A stretch of 64,000 nt of DNA from Flectonema sp. DT1601 (lineage: Eukaryota): the NCBI GenBank assembly GCA_964019425.1, contig OZ025788.1, positions 868,001 through 932,000 on the forward strand, given 5' to 3'. The position numbers were made by a program, and so were the translations under genes. Position 1 is the first letter of the stretch; every line of letters begins with the position of its first letter. Positions 58,332 through 64,000 of the stretch are shown here, piece by piece. The notes below the pieces were generated by a model. It was not told where the DNA came from, searched no databases, and saw only the letters and a list, made by a program, of their open reading frames with translations.

Positions 58332-61300
58332 CTAAGAAGGTAATGGAGGAAATCCTTCTCCAGGAGCCTGATCAAAAAGATAATCTACGAAATCTTTTCC
58401 ATTTTTGTTAGTTGAACCGTTAGCTGGAATAGCATCTTCAGTGTAGTGACTATCTGATCCACGACTATGTGATGTCGCGTTGTCATTAGAAACTGGAAGA
58501 GTAATCGCCATGTAATCCTGAGGTTGTTCTTTTGTTATCTGTGGCACTAACCAGTTAGGTACAACAGATGAATTTCTGTTGTTGCTCGGACGAATTTCCT
58601 GCTGTGAAAGTGTTTCTTGTTGAACATTTTGAGGTGAGGTAGTTCTGATTCCATCAGCAGCTGATTTCAAAAGCAGAGCTGCCTTTTCTAAATTATCAAC
58701 CACGGATTCACTAGGTAGCAAAGCTTCTTGAAGAGAACCAATCTGACTCAACTCGATACCACTCGAATAGCCGCGTCCATTTGCCAGTGGCGGAGGACGA
58801 GTCCAGCTCTTTCTTGCCCCCGCAGCACTTTTTGCGGCCACAGATCCCGTTTCGGACATTAAATCTAAGTCCGTACTCAAATTATTAAAACCAACATAAC
58901 GACCAATACTTCCTATTGGTGATCCAGGAGGGGAATAGCTGAGCAATGATGTACCTCTTGGTCTACCAAAGCCACCCATACAGAGATCAAGAGATCGACC
59001 CTTTCCGAATAACCCTTCAACAAGTTTCTTTAAGACAGGAACCTTAAAATATTGAAGATTATCATGTTCAGTTAGGAAGCATAGAATAGTATGAATCATT
59101 GATATTCTCGATGCTATTAGTTTCCAAAGTTTTACGGCTTTGTTATGTTTACTTGTTGGATCAATAATCTTAAAAAGCTGTACATTAGTATCAGGGTGAA
59201 CCCCAGAGAGATGAGATGGAAGCAAACAAAGACTTCTGTAAACCATTCCTTCAACTGATTGAACTGTGCCGTCCAATAAAATATATCTACACCCACGTGA
59301 TAGCTGAATGATATTGTCAGTTTTACTAACTACGTTTCCTCCTTTACAGAATACCTTCAGATCATTATGATCCCATTCTATGTAAGGAGAGACTGTTGAC
59401 AGGACTCTAACAGCTGAATCTTCTCCAGCTTGTTGCCACATTGCATTTAACATTCTCGGATGTTGTCTTGCTATCGCCAAGACGTCGGCTCCGTCTATAG
59501 TGAGAACCGTTCCGTCGGTGTCGGCTACGGATTCTCGTGATTTTACTTTACTGTTTAGAATTAGTTGATTACTATTAATAACATAACAAACAAGAGAGTA
59601 ATAAAGACATACCCTCCGCGAGTAGAAAGTACTGTAAGAAGACCAGCTGTAAAACCTGGTCCATAATAAGAGTACGACCCCATGTTGTTGATGCGAGCTA
59701 CACCACTAAGGAGAACACTGACTGATAGAGAGCCTTCTGGTGAGCGAGTTACAAGAGAATCTCCCTTAGAAATATTTCTCTGTCTAGATCTCATTATAAC
59801 TTTATGAAGTGCTTCTTCATCTTCGGATGCCCATCGAACGGAGTCGAGGACTTCCTCAGCGGTGGGGAGTGGCATCTTACGCTTTTTCATTCTTCTGATC
59901 CTCTCCATCTGATTTTCAATCTCATCGATGAGTCCCTTGCCGTCAGTTTCGTCAAGTCTCCCAGCAGCTATTTCAGCTTCTATCTTTATTCTACCCTTGT
60001 TTAGTATCATTCTAGCAGCTTGTCTTGTTTTAATTGCAACAGCTACTTCAGGTCGTATTCTTTGATGAGTCGCTAGAAGTTGTAGTCCTTCTGTTCTTTC
60101 TTGTTTACAATGATCTCTAATTCTATTTACTATTTCTTGTTCTAATTTGAAATCACTTATTTGTTTGCTGACTAATTCATGTGCGTGGATGTAAGCTGTA
60201 GCTATTTCAAATGCATTGGTCCATCGGTGGGTTTCTAAGATGCTCCTCGCTGCTTTTTTAACACCACACGGAGGCAGCAACATCAGTTGTGCCTTATCCA
60301 ATTTCCTTAAATCGAAGATCGGTTCTAAGATATCGACGCGAAGGAGTGAGGAAGACTTTCCATGCTTCTGTGACCTAATAAATTTCGAGTCTCGACATTG
60401 TTGTACCTCTCCCAATAGCCATCTACATCCAATGGGGGTGAGTACTCCTTGACTGTTTTTGAGTTTTAGTCTTCAATTATAGAGACTTCGCTATTCAGTT
60501 CTAAAGAAACAAAAAGTAATACAAACCTGTTTTGACTCCAGAGCGCTGCTATAAACAACTTGAAATACGCTGATCGTCCATCAGAAAAAGCATCTCCATC
60601 GAATTCCGAAATATTCGGATATGGATGGTGAAGCTTATCTATTGTGAGGTGTCTTACTTTCGTCCAATTAGTCATAGCCATGACTGATTCAGAAGATAGT
60701 TCTGTGATGGCTCGTTCTTGTTCGCTGATGCTGAGTTCAAAGGCTTCTTTGAGTGCCTTTTTTCGTTCGACAGAAACGACTGAGAGACCAAGTTTATCTA
60801 CTAAAAGTCCAGTACTGACCCCATTTACGACAAGTGTTAAAATAACTATACCAGATACAAAGAATATTACATGAGGTCCTAACGTAGAATTAGACCTAGT
60901 TATATCAGCGTCGTTCTCTACCACTAAAGCAAGCGCAAGGCCTACAGCTCCTCGTAGACCTCCCCACCATACTAACCAGCATTGGTTAACTGTTAAGTGA
61001 TATCTCTTTGAAACAAACTCCAAAGCCATGACCTGATAAAATATTACTATCACAGCACCCCTAACAACAATTATAGCCAGATAAAGAAGAGCTAAATAGC
61101 CTATATCTTCTGGTTTAATGTCGCTGAAGGCTTTCTTTGCAACGATAAGACCAGCGAGTGAAAAGATGATGGTGTTGGCCATGAATACTAATATTCCCCA
61201 GAAATCATGTAATGTGTGTTCCACCTCAGGAGAGAAACACTGTCGGTGAGTGGATAGGTAAAGTCCTAGAGCCACAGATGCTAATACTCCTGAAGTCTGA

Positions 61301-62136
61301 AACCAACCTTCAGCAGTAAAGTAAGTAACATAAGCAACAGCTACAGATAACGTCACTTCAATAAGGGGATCGTTAAACACTCGTTCAAGAGTGAATTCTG
61401 TTACGATTGCTATTGCGAGTCCCAATAAGCTTCCACCAAGAGTAACTCTAAATAATTCACCAACAATCTCATACCACTCATCACTAAGAGTACCAGATGG
61501 GACTGCATCTCTTAGGATGCTGAAGATAACAATTGCTGTTCCATCATTGAACAGTGACTCTCCTTCAATTAGAGTTGATATTTCTGGTGAACATCCGAGA
61601 TCTTTTAACAAAGCTACTACAGCAACAGGATCAGTTGCCGAACATATCGCACCCATAAGTAAACAGGTAACCCACGACCAGTTATATTGACTTAACACTA
61701 ATTTTATTATCGCAGCTGTTAGTCCACTTGCGACGATGACACCTGGTCCCGCCATAATCAAGCAGTGCAGGTATACTTTACTGAAGATATGACCATCAAT
61801 GCTGAAAGCTGACTCGAATATTAGAATAGGTAGGAATATATAAAGGATTAAATGAGGATCGATGTCTGAAAGTGCACTTCCTGAAATTAAGATGTTGTCG
61901 TCGCTTAATGTTGATAAACCTCCGTAGGCCATTCCAATGAGGAATACTAATATCGTGTATGGAATCTTTTTAATGAAACTGACCTCTCTAGCTGCAAGTC
62001 GGAGTAGCGCTCCTATCCCCACCGCGCCTGATAAAGCGATTACACTATAAGGTACAACATGGTCTGCATGACCGAAATGCAACACAGTTTCTGACACCAC
62101 CAATGATGTTGTCTCTGAGACACTTGGAGCTGACAT
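58332..62136 (-). CDS. SOS1/NHX7-like Na+/H+ antiporter with cyclic-nucleotide-binding-like tail (1222 aa); exons 62136-60527, 60452-59613, 59550-58332
   Basis: CPA1 motifs FLPILIFESAF, SATDPVAVVALL, IEGESLFNDG, WGGLRGAVGLALAL. Two GT-AG introns join three ORFs into a 3669-nt frame. Confidence 0.92.
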
Positions 62137-62769
62137 AGTTTTGTGTACGACTGCCCAGCATTCTGGGCTGAGAGATCTGAGTAGAACAATAATAAATTTT
62201 CATTTCATCTCTTTTACTTTTTTTTGGTTGAATTCGTTTTTATAATTTGAACAGAATACGTAAAACATATAAACAGAAGAATGAGAGATACAGTTTTTTG
62301 ATACATATAAAGGATTTCATTGAGTTTACAAAAAAAAAAACAAAAAAAAAAAAAAAAAAAAAAAAAGAGATTTTTTTTTTTTTTTTTTTTTTTTGTTTCT
62401 AGATTTTATCAAAGAGGGGTGGTCAGTAAATACCTCTAAGACACGCAGGGGAAAACATTGCCACTGCGGTATGGGCAGAACATTCAAGAAACTGAAACAG
62501 AGCAGAGGAACGAAGAGTCCTCAAACAAAATTAACTCCAACTACGAATTCCTTTTTTATAAAACGAACGATGATGTAGTATGAAGAAGAATAAATAAATA
62601 AGTAACTAAGAGGACGTCGCACATCCGAATGTGTGCAATATAACAAAACATAATAAAACGAGAGGGGGGGGCAATCGGTATTGAGTCGATGTTACATTTA
62701 ATTGTATCCGAATATCAGACTCAATACCTCGCTGAAAAAAAGAAAACAAGATAAGGCATAATAGTTTAA

Positions 62770-63924
62770 TTAAATGATAGAAGTGTCTCTGGTACGATTT
62801 TCTCTGGGGCTCCTTAATTGTCTCTCTGGAGACATTGACATCAGGTCAAGGAACTGCTTATAGTCGTGTGTTATATTTCCGTAAACGTAATCTCGCAGAT
62901 CGTCAGATGCGAATTCAGGTTGAACATCCTGGTGAGAATCGAGTGAAACGGTCACAGCATGACGAAGCCAAGCAACTACAAATCCTCCTTTTAACGTTCG
63001 AATCTTATTACTTTTTGTAAGAAATGGTTCGCCATCATCACTAAGTCGACATGTAAAAGTTGTTTTTAATTTTGCTAAACTCACCTGTCCTGGGATTAAT
63101 ACATCAAAACCATCTTCCATTAAACTTTCAGCAATTTGACCAGATCGTAGTGATGTCCAGTTGCCTCCCCAGATACACCACTTACAAGTATTTAGTGGTA
63201 ACTTATTGTAATGTTTATGCATGAAACCTATATATCCCTCACCTTCACTCGCATATATATTTACTTGCTGTTTGATACAAGCGAGAAGACTTGAAACAGA
63301 TGTTCTTTCCGATTCTTTCATTTTTGAAACAGCCACATTTCGTAATTGAGGGTTCTTCTGTGAGCAAGACTGACAAATGCACATGTTACAAACACTACAT
63401 GAAAGTAGTCGCTGGTCATGTATCCCAGATTTAGGTCGGCCACACAAGTCACAGCTATTCATTGTTATCTTTGAAACTGTTGTTGTCGGGAGTATTAATT
63501 GACCACCACATTTAAAACATTTATCATATTGTCTTAGATCAATTGTTCTAGCAGGTGAGGGTGATAAACTATGTGGTGACAATGGAGCTTCTGGTATCTT
63601 TATTGGAGTATGGTTTTGAGTAGGAGGGGTTTCACCGAGTACGTAAAATTCTTGAAAAGTATTTCCAAAGTAGAACATAAATTCATTCCTCAGCATACCC
63701 CAATCACTGAATTCTAATGAAGGATGGATCACTCCACATCTCAGATATTCCAAAACATATCTGAAAAGTTCTCCGTCTCTGTCTAAAAAGATACGACCGT
63801 CAGCATCACAACCAACCCCCCTCGGGTTCTCCGCAATCTGCTTTAAAAAACCTTCACGTGCAGTGAGTGTTGTCATTGCGACATCGAAATGATGACCTCC
63901 AACATTTAATTTCATAATCGCCAT
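62770..63924 (-). CDS. BTB/POZ (KCTD/T1-type) protein with a Cys-rich zinc-finger-like region
   Basis: MKLNVGGHHF..TTL, IFLDRDGELFRYVLEYLR, and four CxxC pairs. Confidence 0.85.
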   Translation of the reverse strand: MAIMKLNVGGHHFDVAMTTLTAREGFLKQIAENPRGVGCDADGRIFLDRDGELFRYVLEYLRCGVIHPSLEFSDWGMLRNEFMFYFGNTFQEFYVLGETPPTQNHTPIKIPEAPLSPHSLSPSPARTIDLRQYDKCFKCGGQLILPTTTVSKITMNSCDLCGRPKSGIHDQRLLSCSVCNMCICQSCSQKNPQLRNVAVSKMKESERTSVSSLLACIKQQVNIYASEGEGYIGFMHKHYNKLPLNTCKWCIWGGNWTSLRSGQIAESLMEDGFDVLIPGQVSLAKLKTTFTCRLSDDGEPFLTKSNKIRTLKGGFVVAWLRHAVTVSLDSHQDVQPEFASDDLRDYVYGNITHDYKQFLDLMSMSPERQLRSPRENRTRDTSII

Positions 63925-64000
63925 CGTCTTTATATCAGAAGATGAAAAACTGCAGTAAAAACTAACTTATGGACACATAAGACATAAACAGATCACACTG

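Overview
Eukaryotic, AT-rich protist DNA. Every supported protein-coding gene is on the minus strand, introns are GTATGT/GTTTGT...ACAG, and spacers are rich in homopolymers. This fits a euglenozoan, most plausibly a diplonemid (inference). Genes, in order: a truncated TmcB-like membrane protein, tRNA-Gly(GCC) on the plus strand, a PDZ/Tudor protein, Msp1/ATAD1, an LRR coiled-coil protein, a C2 protein, four tandem RPL4 (uL4) genes, an ankyrin protein, a MIF4G-like protein, a SAM carrier, a p25-alpha repeat protein, two multidomain STE kinases, a SOS1-like Na+/H+ antiporter and a BTB protein. There is also an apparently intact non-LTR retrotransposon (APE-RT-RNase H). Highlights: (1) ORF1 and ORF2 of the retrotransposon are in the same frame, separated by one TAA in a TMV-type leaky context (TAA-CAA-CCA) and followed by a 2A/StopGo-like motif ending just before the endonuclease, suggesting coupled readthrough and ribosomal skipping. 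(2) RPL4 intron 3 holds an identical four-hairpin RNA with complementary loops in all copies, while intron 1 holds a shuffled cassette of snoRNA-like modules. (3) An ankyrin-gene intron holds a ~200-nt structured RNA. (4) One kinase is fused to what looks like a circularly permuted PARG-type macrodomain. All assignments were made by eye; no searches or folding programs were run.
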